The notes beneath the pieces were generated by a model. It made no database searches, was not told the origin of the DNA, and was given only the letters and a program-made list of their open reading frames with translations. From a virus, in the IMG/VR virus record IMGVR_UViG_3300030104_006433, positions 96,545 to 160,544 of that record: a DNA stretch of 64,000 nt. One strand, given 5' to 3'. The position numbers and the translations under genes are program-made. This document shows positions 27,924 through 36,125 of this stretch, in pieces. Each line of letters begins with the position of its first letter. Positions within the stretch are counted from its first letter, which is position 1.

Positions 27924-29027
27924 ATGTTAAAGAAAATCTCAGAAAGAATATTTCCCTTTCTGATAGCTCTTTCCGCGCTATCAGTCTCTGCTTCAGCAGC
28001 ATTTTACTCAATTAGTGGATTAAGTAAATTATTTGCAGGAGCAGCATTTGCAGTTATAGTAATGGCAGCTTCATTAGAAGTAGCTAAATTAGTAATAGCA
28101 TCTTTACTTTACCAATACAGAAAAACATTACCATTTTTACTTAAAGCTTATTTATCTATTGCTTGTATTGTATTAATATTAATTACTTCAATGGGAATAT
28201 ATGGATTTTTATCTGCTGCTTACCAAGATACAGCGAATAAAGAAGGTAATGTTGAAGCTCGAATAGTGTTAATAGAAACTAAAAGAGATAATGTTAAAGA
28301 ACAATTAGAAGTTTATACTGAAGAAAAAACATCTATAAATGAAGCAGTAGCTGAACTTAGAAAGGGTTTATCTAACAATAAAGTACAGTGGAGAGATAAA
28401 GAAACTAATCAAATTATTACCTCAACATCATCATCAACACGTAAGGCATTAACTAGACAATTAGATCAAGCTATAGAAAGACAAACTGAGGTAAATGCTA
28501 AAGTAGATGAATTAAATGAAAAAATATTTAATTTTGAAACAGAAATAGTAGAAACTCGAATAGAAGAAGGAGCAACAAGTGAATTAGGCCCTTTAAAATA
28601 CCTATCAGGTTTAACAGGTTTACCTATGGATAAGATTATAAACTATTTACTTTTAGTTATAATATTTGTATTTGATCCTTTAGCAATAGCATTAGTTATA
28701 GCTGCTAATTTTGCATTTGCTAGATTAAGAAAACCAACAAAGGAAAACTTATATGGTGAAGTAGTTGAGATAGATGGGGCAGAGGGTATAGAAGTAGAAC
28801 TTTCTGTACCTGAAGGTAAAGAATTTAACACTCCTTATGACATAGATGATTTAAAAAATGATATTTCTAAAGAAACAAATTTAGAAAAAGAAATTGATAA
28901 TTTAGAAAAACAAAAAGAAAGAGTTATTAAAAATGATAGTACTGTTAAAAGAACAGAAGAAGGTATAAAGGAAATAGACGAGAAAATTAAAAAATTAAAA
29001 GACGAAGATAACACAATCACTTACTAA
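27924..29027 (+). CDS. Membrane protein with long coiled coil
   Basis: Three N-terminal TM helices (LEVAKL, TSMGIYGFLS), coiled coil, C-terminal TM (IFVFDPLA). Confidence 0.7.
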   Translation: MLKKISERIFPFLIALSALSVSASAAFYSISGLSKLFAGAAFAVIVMAASLEVAKLVIASLLYQYRKTLPFLLKAYLSIACIVLILITSMGIYGFLSAAYQDTANKEGNVEARIVLIETKRDNVKEQLEVYTEEKTSINEAVAELRKGLSNNKVQWRDKETNQIITSTSSSTRKALTRQLDQAIERQTEVNAKVDELNEKIFNFETEIVETRIEEGATSELGPLKYLSGLTGLPMDKIINYLLLVIIFVFDPLAIALVIAANFAFARLRKPTKENLYGEVVEIDGAEGIEVELSVPEGKEFNTPYDIDDLKNDISKETNLEKEIDNLEKQKERVIKNDSTVKRTEEGIKEIDEKIKKLKDEDNTITY

Positions 29028-29032
29028 ATTCG

Positions 29033-29064
29033 TTTGGCTCTCAGAATTTTTTTTATTATATTTA
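29033..29064 (+). promoter_or_regulatory. Bacteroidota-type promoter
   Basis: TTTG 29033, N20, TATATTTA 29057; ATG at 29068. Confidence 0.75.
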
Positions 29065-29067
29065 GGT

Positions 29068-29571
29068 ATGTCTTTATATAATGTTAATGAGAAAGTAGTT
29101 TTAAAAGAAATCAAAAAATTACAACCTTTAAATTACAATCAATTCCGATGGTGGAGAAGATTTGATAGTCCAAATAAATCACTCCATAAAAATACAGATT
29201 TACTTAGGAAAATTCAAAATGGTGATTATGATTTTTCTCACTTTTTTTGGCAAGCTAAATATACTGAATTAGAGATAAATAAAATATATGATGAATGTTA
29301 TCCTGATTTTACTTTATTTAATGAGAAAAATGCTTTAAATGGGGCTAGAAGAAAACGTTTATGGAATGATTTTGAAAAAGATGAAAAAGATAAATTATTA
29401 CAAATTCAAAAAGAATTCTATTTAACATTTGTTATGACAAAAGAAGAAGTAAAATTAGAAATGGAAAGGTTTGGCAATTCACTAGAGAAATTTTATATTC
29501 ACTGTGAAAACAAGTTCGGAAAAAGAAACAAAAAGATGTCCACTCGTGGACGTCCTAAAAAAAATAAATAA
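29068..29571 (+). CDS. Hypothetical protein
   Basis: 167 aa; YNQFRWWRRF; AT-hook-like RGRP at C-terminus. Confidence 0.6.
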   Translation: MSLYNVNEKVVLKEIKKLQPLNYNQFRWWRRFDSPNKSLHKNTDLLRKIQNGDYDFSHFFWQAKYTELEINKIYDECYPDFTLFNEKNALNGARRKRLWNDFEKDEKDKLLQIQKEFYLTFVMTKEEVKLEMERFGNSLEKFYIHCENKFGKRNKKMSTRGRPKKNK

Positions 29572-30360
29572 ATGAAGGTATCACATGAAGCACCTATTCC
29601 CTATATGAAACAAGTTAGGGGACTAATTGATTATGATTATTGTTTACCCCATCTATTAGATGAAAGTGATGAATATTTAGATTACTTTCAAGAATCTAAA
29701 GAAATGGGACGTTATATTATTATGGATAACTCCTTACATGAATTGGGAGAACCATATAAAGAAGAACGTTTATGGCATTGGCTAAATTATCTAAAACCTG
29801 ATGAATTTATAGTGCCTGATTATTGGCAAGATAAAATAGCTACTCTAGTATCAGCTAAATCATGGTTAAAAAGAAATTATCCTGAAGAAACAACTCCTGT
29901 AGCTGTAGTTCAAGGTAAAAATGAAATGGAAGCTAGAGAATGTTATAGAATATTAAAATATCAAGGATATCAAAAAATAGCATTCAGTTATGGAGCTGAT
30001 TGGTATAAATCTTATGGTGAACAATATATTGAAGATGCTAATGAAGCAGTGACAAAAGCTTATGGTAGATATAATTTTATAAAAGAATTACATGAAGATA
30101 GAACCATTAATAGAACTGATAGTCTTCATTTATTAGGCTGTAATATACCACAAGAATTTAGTTGGTATAAAGATATGCCTTTTATTAAATCAATAGATAC
30201 ATCAAACCCAGTTATACATGGTTTAGCAGGAATAAAATATAATGATTGGGGATTAGATGAAAAAATATCAACAAAAGTAGATAAATTTAAAGGGAAAGAT
30301 GAACATTGGGATAAAGCAGTTTATAATATACAAAAATTTAAAGAATTTTTACCAAAATAA
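29572..30360 (+). CDS. TGT-fold 7-deazaguanine transglycosylase-like protein (DpdA-type)
   Basis: IIMDNS, IVPD, VAVVQG, HLLG, SIDTS follow the TGT motif order; upstream of queC. Confidence 0.7.
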   Translation: MKVSHEAPIPYMKQVRGLIDYDYCLPHLLDESDEYLDYFQESKEMGRYIIMDNSLHELGEPYKEERLWHWLNYLKPDEFIVPDYWQDKIATLVSAKSWLKRNYPEETTPVAVVQGKNEMEARECYRILKYQGYQKIAFSYGADWYKSYGEQYIEDANEAVTKAYGRYNFIKELHEDRTINRTDSLHLLGCNIPQEFSWYKDMPFIKSIDTSNPVIHGLAGIKYNDWGLDEKISTKVDKFKGKDEHWDKAVYNIQKFKEFLPK

Positions 30361-30369
30361 TAAATAGTT

Positions 30370-30594
30370 ATGCAAATAAAAAACGGAATAGAATATCACT
30401 CATTATATGAATACCTAGGTTATGCTGCGGGGCCAGAATTAGGTGATGCGGTAAATAAAGCAGCAATGAAAGAAAATCACAAGTATGTAACACAAAAGGT
30501 TAATCAAGGAGGTTACAAAGGAGAAGTATTTTGTTATACAAAAAACTTTTTAAATGAATTTTTTGCAAATCAATATAAATTATTAAGTCAATGA
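30370..30594 (+). CDS. Hypothetical protein
   Basis: SLYEYLGYAAGPELG; 74 aa. Confidence 0.6.
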   Translation: MQIKNGIEYHSLYEYLGYAAGPELGDAVNKAAMKENHKYVTQKVNQGGYKGEVFCYTKNFLNEFFANQYKLLSQ

Positions 30595-31463
30595 AACAAG
30601 CAGTATTAAGTTTAAGTGGTGGAATGGATAGTAGTACACTATTACTTCACCTATTAGCAAATGATTATAAAGTAACAGCTCTTAGTTTTGATTATGGTCA
30701 AAAACATAGGGTTGAATTAGAAAGAGCACAAGAATTAGTAGATTATTTAAATAGTAAATCAGATGTAACTTTAGTTAAAAATGATTTAGGAGAAGTTATT
30801 AAACATCTTTTTGAACCTATTACATATCAAACTATTAAATTAGATGGTCTATCTCAATTATTAAACTCAGCTTTAGTAGATGGAGGAGATGAAGTTCCTG
30901 AAGGTCATTATGAAGAAGATAATATGAAGGCAACAGTAGTTCCAAATAGAAATAAAATATTTTCTTCAATTATACAATCAGTAGCACTATCAATAGCAAA
31001 TGAAACAGAATCACCTGTTAAAATAGCAATGGGTATTCACGCTGGTGATCACGCCATTTATCCTGATTGTAGACAAGAATTTAGAGATGCTGATTATAAA
31101 GCATTTTATGAAGGTAATTGGGAAGCTTATAGAGTATCAACTTATACACCTTATTTAGAAGGAGATAAATTTGATATTTTAAAAGATGGAGAATCATGTT
31201 GTGAGTGTTTAGGGATTGACTTTGATGAAGTTTATAAAAGAACAAATACAAGTTATAAACCAATTAAACATTACTATAGACCAGAAACAAATGCATTCAA
31301 ATGGTATTCAGATTTTAAATCAGCATCATCAGTAGAAAGAATAGAAGCATTTATGAAATTGGGAAGACCTGATCCTGTAGAATATGCAGATGAAAATGGT
31401 CCTGTAGAATATAAAGTAGCTAAAAAACACGTAGAACAAATATTAGAAAGTCATGGCGTATAA
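30591..31463 (+). CDS. queC: 7-cyano-7-deazaguanine synthase
   Basis: SLSGGMDS, FDYGQKH, VPNRN, YPDCR. Confidence 0.93.
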   Translation: MKQAVLSLSGGMDSSTLLLHLLANDYKVTALSFDYGQKHRVELERAQELVDYLNSKSDVTLVKNDLGEVIKHLFEPITYQTIKLDGLSQLLNSALVDGGDEVPEGHYEEDNMKATVVPNRNKIFSSIIQSVALSIANETESPVKIAMGIHAGDHAIYPDCRQEFRDADYKAFYEGNWEAYRVSTYTPYLEGDKFDILKDGESCCECLGIDFDEVYKRTNTSYKPIKHYYRPETNAFKWYSDFKSASSVERIEAFMKLGRPDPVEYADENGPVEYKVAKKHVEQILESHGV

Positions 31464-31701
31464 ACCAAAGAAAAAACAAAAAGATCAAATAAAAAAAGAA
31501 ATTGAGGTAACTCTAAATGATATAGGTGAAAAAATAACCCAATTAGAAAAATTACCTGATGCCAAACTTCACCAATCAGTAAGTTTTATTAAATCAGGTA
31601 TGAGAATAATAGGATATTGTTTTATTCCTTATAATTTAGGAATAGCAACAGCAATTTTAGTATTAAGTGAAATAATAGGAATAATAGAAGAATTAGTATA
31701 A
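31453..31701 (+). CDS. Small membrane protein
   Basis: Hydrophobic C-terminus ending EIIGIIEELV. Confidence 0.6.
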   Translation: MAYKPKKKQKDQIKKEIEVTLNDIGEKITQLEKLPDAKLHQSVSFIKSGMRIIGYCFIPYNLGIATAILVLSEIIGIIEELV

Positions 31702-31702
31702 T

Positions 31703-32185
31703 ATGGCAAAGTATCAATCAACAAAAATATTTGACAACTACTCAGTTGCAATAAGACAATGGAAAGCACAACATTCACATTGTCAGTTATTACATGGATA
31801 TGCTTTAAAATTTAAAGTATGGTTTGAATCTAATACCCCAGATGATGAAAATGATGGATTAGATGATATGAATTGGATAGTAGATTATGGTGGGTTTAAA
31901 GATAAACCTGTTGGAAATGGTTTAAAATCATGGATGAACCATATGTGGGACCATACAACATTAATTCAAAAAGATGACCCATATGCAGACATATTTGAAC
32001 AAATGGGTCAAATGGGATTAGCTAAAGTCCATTTTTTAGATAAAATGGGAGCTGAATCTTGCGCTAGAATAGTATATGAACATTTTAATGAAGTTTTATC
32101 TAAAACAGATGCTGGAAGATGTAAAGTAGTAAAAGTAGAATGTTTTGAGAATGATAAAAATTCTTCTATTTACTATGAAGATTAA
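31703..32185 (+). CDS. queD: 6-carboxytetrahydropterin synthase
   Basis: RQWKAQHSHCQLLHGY, WIVDYG, DHT, AES, E.FE..KNS. Confidence 0.9.
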   Translation: MAKYQSTKIFDNYSVAIRQWKAQHSHCQLLHGYALKFKVWFESNTPDDENDGLDDMNWIVDYGGFKDKPVGNGLKSWMNHMWDHTTLIQKDDPYADIFEQMGQMGLAKVHFLDKMGAESCARIVYEHFNEVLSKTDAGRCKVVKVECFENDKNSSIYYED

Positions 32186-32200
32186 TATTTATTAGTATAA

Positions 32201-32271
32201 TGTCAGGTCGTCTAGAGGCAGGACTCCTGGTTTTGGTCCAGGCAACGGAGGTTCGAATCCTTCCCTGACAA
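32201..32271 (+). tRNA. tRNA-Gln(UUG)
   Basis: Acceptor TGTCAGG/CCTGACA; anticodon arm CCTGG-TTTTGGT-CCAGG; GTTCGAATC T-loop. Confidence 0.92.
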
Positions 32272-32289
32272 CAAAATTCTTTACATAAT

Positions 32290-32361
32290 GCTCCCTTCGT
32301 CTAGGGGTTAGGACGTCAGGTTTTCATCCTGGAAACAGGGGTTCGATTCCCCTAGGGAGTA
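32290..32361 (+). tRNA. tRNA-Glu(UUC)
   Basis: Acceptor GCTCCCT/AGGGAGT; anticodon arm TCAGG-TTTTCAT-CCTGG; GTTCGATTC. Confidence 0.92.
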
Positions 32362-32374
32362 CAATTATTAATTG

Positions 32375-32448
32375 GGGGGATTAGCTCAGCTGGCTAGAGC
32401 GCCTGCCTTGCACGCAGGAGGTCATCGGTTCGACTCCGATATCCTCCA
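32375..32448 (+). tRNA. tRNA-Ala(UGC)
   Basis: GGGGGATTAGCTCAGCTGGCTAGAGCGCCTGCCTTGCACGCAGG...TTCGACTCCGATATCCTCCA. Confidence 0.95.
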
Positions 32449-32464
32449 CTAAAAATTATAAATT

Positions 32465-32764
32465 ATGAAAAAATCAAAAACACCAAAAAATTATATCCAT
32501 TGGGTATTCACAGACCACTATTTTAAAAACGGAAGAGGTATAGGAAAATTTATAGGTATGTTATATGGTATATTTCAAGTTATTTATGTTCCACCCCTAG
32601 TTTTAGAAGAATATTATGGAGGATGGATTCCACTATTCCCAGTTATTTTAATGTATATGACCATATGGGGATTTTTAATAGGTATAACTTGGCAACCCTA
32701 TAATATTTATAAAAAGTTAAAAAGAATGAATTGGTGGGATAGGATAGAAAATGATTTAAAATAA
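32465..32764 (+). CDS. Small membrane protein
   Basis: 99 aa with two hydrophobic segments. Confidence 0.6.
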   Translation: MKKSKTPKNYIHWVFTDHYFKNGRGIGKFIGMLYGIFQVIYVPPLVLEEYYGGWIPLFPVILMYMTIWGFLIGITWQPYNIYKKLKRMNWWDRIENDLK

Positions 32765-32765
32765 G

Positions 32766-32797
32766 TTTGTATTCCCCTAAAATAAATGTTATATTAA
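32766..32797 (+). promoter_or_regulatory. Bacteroidota-type promoter
   Basis: TTTG 32766, N20, TATATTAA 32790. Confidence 0.65.
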
Positions 32798-32835
32798 CCG
32801 CAGTGAATGAAAAACCACTATAAAAAATTTACAAT

Positions 32836-33609
32836 ATGTTAAAAAGAATAAAGGATTACAATAAAGTACTCCCTGTATTAGAATTATATAGGTGTGTACA
32901 ATCAGAAGGGTCAAGATTTGGAAGGCCCACAATAGCAGTAAGAACAACAGGATGTACACATAGATGCTACTTTGGAGAAGGTGGATGGTGTGATTCTTGG
33001 TATACAAGTATTCATCCTGAAAAAGGCACATTTACATTTAATGATATTATCAAAATATATGATGATAATCCTCATGTGAATGAAATGATGCTAACAGGTG
33101 GGTCACCTACTATGCATCCAGCTTTAGTTAATGAATTAACACATTTTGCAAATGAAAGAGATATTCTTATTACAATCGAAACTGAAGGTTCTCATTTTCT
33201 TGAAACTGACCACCCCTTGGATCTTATTAGTCTTAGCCCTAAGTTTTCTAATTCAGTTCCTATGCCCGGGACTACCACTCCTAATGGTGCGTTGGTTGAT
33301 GAAAGGATGGTCAAAGTCCACAACCGACTTAGATTAAATAAAGATGCTATTAGAAAAACACTAGATTATCATAAAGATTATCATTTCAAACCAGTATGGG
33401 ATGGTACAGATGAAAATTTAGAAGAAATAGAAGCTTTTAGAATTGAAATGGAAATTCCAAAATATAAAACTTTTATGATGCCAGCTGGAGATACTAGAGA
33501 AACATTAATTAAAATGTACCCTAAGGTATTTAGATTATGTGAGGAAAAAGGATACAATATGACTGGTAGGGATCATATAATAGCATTTGATACAGAACGA
33601 GGAGTATGA
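32836..33609 (+). CDS. queE: 7-carboxy-7-deazaguanine synthase (radical SAM)
   Basis: QSEG..G.P..VRT.GC..RC...WCDS, LTGG.P, IETEG, LSPK. Confidence 0.92.
   Translation: MLKRIKDYNKVLPVLELYRCVQSEGSRFGRPTIAVRTTGCTHRCYFGEGGWCDSWYTSIHPEKGTFTFNDIIKIYDDNPHVNEMMLTGGSPTMHPALVNELTHFANERDILITIETEGSHFLETDHPLDLISLSPKFSNSVPMPGTTTPNGALVDERMVKVHNRLRLNKDAIRKTLDYHKDYHFKPVWDGTDENLEEIEAFRIEMEIPKYKTFMMPAGDTRETLIKMYPKVFRLCEEKGYNMTGRDHIIAFDTERGV
33152..33337 (+). CDS. Candidate nested +1-frame membrane protein inside queE
   Basis: MKEIFLLQSKLKVLIFLKLTTPWILLVLALSFLIQFLCPGLPLLMVRWLMKGWSKSTTDLD; coincides with a codon-shifted patch. Confidence 0.4.
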   Translation: MKEIFLLQSKLKVLIFLKLTTPWILLVLALSFLIQFLCPGLPLLMVRWLMKGWSKSTTDLD

Positions 33610-33746
33610 TAGAGGAAGCTTTAGAGATACTAGAAGAAATAGAAAGTAATGTTAGTATTTGTTGTGCCATAACTATGGACCCAGAAGAAGTAGAAGATTT
33701 AATTTTTAAATTAAAAGAAATATTACAAGAATTAAATAATAACTAA
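33606..33746 (+). CDS. Small acidic hypothetical protein (46 aa, not in ORF track)
   Basis: MIEEALEILEEIESNVSICCAITMDPEEVEDLIFKLKEILQELNNN; ATGA overlap with the queE stop. Confidence 0.6.
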   Translation: MIEEALEILEEIESNVSICCAITMDPEEVEDLIFKLKEILQELNNN

Positions 33747-33758
33747 TTTTAATATTTG

Positions 33759-33790
33759 TTTGGCTATTAAATAAATAGATGTTATATTTA
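33759..33790 (+). promoter_or_regulatory. Bacteroidota-type promoter
   Basis: TTTG 33759, N20, TATATTTA 33783; shares TAAATAGATGTTATATTTA with the 59109 promoter. Confidence 0.75.
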
Positions 33791-33805
33791 AGCAAAATTA
33801 AATAA

Positions 33806-34249
33806 ATGAATAAACATTATGTAGATTGGAGTGAAATAAATGCTTTAGTTTTTAGGCTATGTCATAGAATAAAAACATCAGAACTAAAATTTAAAAACAT
33901 ATATGGATTACCAAGAGGAGGATTAATACCTGCTGTTATGTTATCTCATAGATTAGAAATTCCTTTAGTTAAAGGTGATATAGGCCCTGATACTTTAATT
34001 GTAGATGACATATGTGATAGTGGAGAAACATTAGATAAGTTTATAATAAAATATCAAACTTTATATTCATTTCCATTTAATCTTAAAACAGCGGTTTTAC
34101 ATTACAAACCTCATACTTCATGTTTTGAACCTACTTTTAATGCTAAAAAATGGGATAAAGATGATTGGTTAGTATATCCTTGGGAAACAGAAAACTCAGA
34201 ACCTATACAAGATTATAAAGTAAAGATTGGCCAAGTTGAAAATTATTAA
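33806..34249 (+). CDS. Purine phosphoribosyltransferase (type I PRTase)
   Basis: GLPRGGLIPA, LIVDDICDSGETL PRPP motif, WLVYPWE. Confidence 0.9.
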   Translation: MNKHYVDWSEINALVFRLCHRIKTSELKFKNIYGLPRGGLIPAVMLSHRLEIPLVKGDIGPDTLIVDDICDSGETLDKFIIKYQTLYSFPFNLKTAVLHYKPHTSCFEPTFNAKKWDKDDWLVYPWETENSEPIQDYKVKIGQVENY

Positions 34250-34274
34250 TATATTTAAATAAAATTAAAACAAT

Positions 34275-35315
34275 ATGAGTGTAAAAAGTACAATAAAAAC
34301 AAAATTTGTTAAAAAATATGAATGGGTAGGAGATGTAGACTCTTATGTAGAACCAGATTCAAATGAACATTCAGAAAAATACAATGAACCAAATAGGGAT
34401 TATGATTCAAAGTATAAACCAACTAAGGATGACATCAAAACATTCCCTGATTTACAGAATGGCCCTTCATCATTAATACAGGGTTCTCCTGTAGAAATAC
34501 AACAAGTAGGGATTCATAATTTTAGATTACCTTTAAGATATAAAACAAGAGATAATGGTGATATAGAATTAGAAACTAAAGTAACAGGAACTGTATCACT
34601 TGAAGCACATAAAAAAGGAATAAATATGTCTCGTATTATGAGATCATTTTATGAATTTAAAAATGATACTTTTAGTATAGATAAATTAGAAACAGTTTTA
34701 TCTGCTTATCAAGATAAATTAAAATCATTTGATTCTAAAATAGCACTCAAATTCTCATATCCTATAATTCAAAAATCACTAAGATCAGATAATGAGGGAT
34801 ATCAATATTATGATGTTACTTTAGAGGGTGATTTAAATAAACAAGGTGAATTAAGAAAAATAATTCATTTTGATTTTGTATATTCATCAGCTTGTCCATG
34901 TTCTTATGAATTAGCTGAATTTGCTAGGAAATATAGAAACAAAGCAACAGTATCCCATTCACAAAGATCAGTAACTAGAGTATCAATTGAATTTGATGAA
35001 ATGGTTTGGATAGAAGAATTACAAGAAATGTGTGCTAAAGCATTACAAACAGAAACACAAGTAGTTGTTAAAAGAGAAGATGAAATGGCATTTGCTGAAT
35101 TAAATGGATCATATTTAAAATTTGTTGAAGACGCAGCTAGATTGTTATATGAACAATTAATTGAAGATAAAAGAATTAAAGATTTTAGAGTAATATGTTC
35201 ACATCAAGAATCATTACATTCACATGATGCTGTATCAGTTATATTAGCTCCAAATAGTAAATTTTGTGGAGATGTACCTCATGAATTATGGTCAAGTTTA
35301 ATACATATTTCTTGA
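34275..35315 (+). CDS. folE2: GTP cyclohydrolase IB
   Basis: PDLQ, IQQVGI, KGINMSR, SACPCS, HSQRS, KREDE, FVEDAAR, ESLHSHDA. Confidence 0.92.
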   Translation: MSVKSTIKTKFVKKYEWVGDVDSYVEPDSNEHSEKYNEPNRDYDSKYKPTKDDIKTFPDLQNGPSSLIQGSPVEIQQVGIHNFRLPLRYKTRDNGDIELETKVTGTVSLEAHKKGINMSRIMRSFYEFKNDTFSIDKLETVLSAYQDKLKSFDSKIALKFSYPIIQKSLRSDNEGYQYYDVTLEGDLNKQGELRKIIHFDFVYSSACPCSYELAEFARKYRNKATVSHSQRSVTRVSIEFDEMVWIEELQEMCAKALQTETQVVVKREDEMAFAELNGSYLKFVEDAARLLYEQLIEDKRIKDFRVICSHQESLHSHDAVSVILAPNSKFCGDVPHELWSSLIHIS

Positions 35316-35443
35316 AACCTATAAAAAAAATAAAGGCTACAATGAAAGAAATTTATGATGCGATGCGTCCAAATGTTTATCGTAACCGAAAAAAATACAC
35401 AAGAAAAAATAAACATAAAAATAAAAGTTATGACAAAAGTTAA
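35312..35443 (+). CDS. Small basic hypothetical protein
   Basis: (L)KPIKKIKATMKEIYDAMRPNVYRNRKKYTRKNKHK...; fills the gap and overlaps both neighbours. Confidence 0.45.
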   Translation: MKPIKKIKATMKEIYDAMRPNVYRNRKKYTRKNKHKNKSYDKS

Positions 35444-36125
35444 AAAAAGAACATTAAATGAGTATAGACAAGTAAAAGATGCTTCTTATACCCCACCAAA
35501 AAAAGGACAAAAATTTGAAATACCAAAATTTGATCCCCAAACAGGAGAACTAAATCCTTATTATTTAGAATTAACAGGAAAAGATAGTTTCAATCAATTA
35601 GAAATACCTTTTGAATTCCAAACTGATAATGTAGACTTTGTAAATGAAGTAGAAGAATTTAATAGAACTTTTGGTAAACCGAATAATTATAAACCAACAA
35701 TACCAGCCAAAAAAGAATGGCAATTTGTATATGATTTTATACTCGAAGAACTTGAAGAATATAAAGAAGCATGCGAGCGAGGTGACATCGTGGAAGTTTT
35801 GGATGCTTTGTGTGATATTACTTACGTTTCCCTTGGGAACGGTGTTATGTTACATGGCCTTAAGGATAAGATTTGGCCCGCGTATCAAGAAGTACAAGAT
35901 TCAAATATGTCAAAATCTTGTAAAACTAAAGAAGAAGCAATCAAAACTGTCTATAAAAGAAGTGAGGAACAAGGTGAGGAATGTCATTTTGAAAAAGTAG
36001 GAGATAGATATGTTGTTTATAGAACAAGAGATAGAAAAGTAATGAAATCAATAAATTACTTTAGACCTGATTTACATCAATTTTTCACACCAGAAGAAAC
36101 TGAAGGAGCAATTAAGAATGTATAA
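35430..36125 (+). CDS. MazG-like / PRA-PH-type nucleotide pyrophosphohydrolase
   Basis: EELEEY...EVLDALCD..YV and SNMSK; start likely 35430 rather than 35355. Confidence 0.8.
   Translation: MTKVKKRTLNEYRQVKDASYTPPKKGQKFEIPKFDPQTGELNPYYLELTGKDSFNQLEIPFEFQTDNVDFVNEVEEFNRTFGKPNNYKPTIPAKKEWQFVYDFILEELEEYKEACERGDIVEVLDALCDITYVSLGNGVMLHGLKDKIWPAYQEVQDSNMSKSCKTKEEAIKTVYKRSEEQGEECHFEKVGDRYVVYRTRDRKVMKSINYFRPDLHQFFTPEETEGAIKNV
35731..36000 (+). CDS. Candidate nested +1-frame single-TM protein inside the MazG-like gene
   Basis: MILYSKNLKNIKKHASEVTSWKFWMLCVILLTFPLGTVLCYMALRIRFGPRIKKYK...; +1 frame open for more than 110 codons. Confidence 0.45.
   Translation: MILYSKNLKNIKKHASEVTSWKFWMLCVILLTFPLGTVLCYMALRIRFGPRIKKYKIQICQNLVKLKKKQSKLSIKEVRNKVRNVILKK

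Noticed and set aside
35355-35429. Track start for the MazG-like ORF
   Set aside because: This region is better explained by a small overlapping basic ORF; the ATG at 35430 has the typical A-rich leader.
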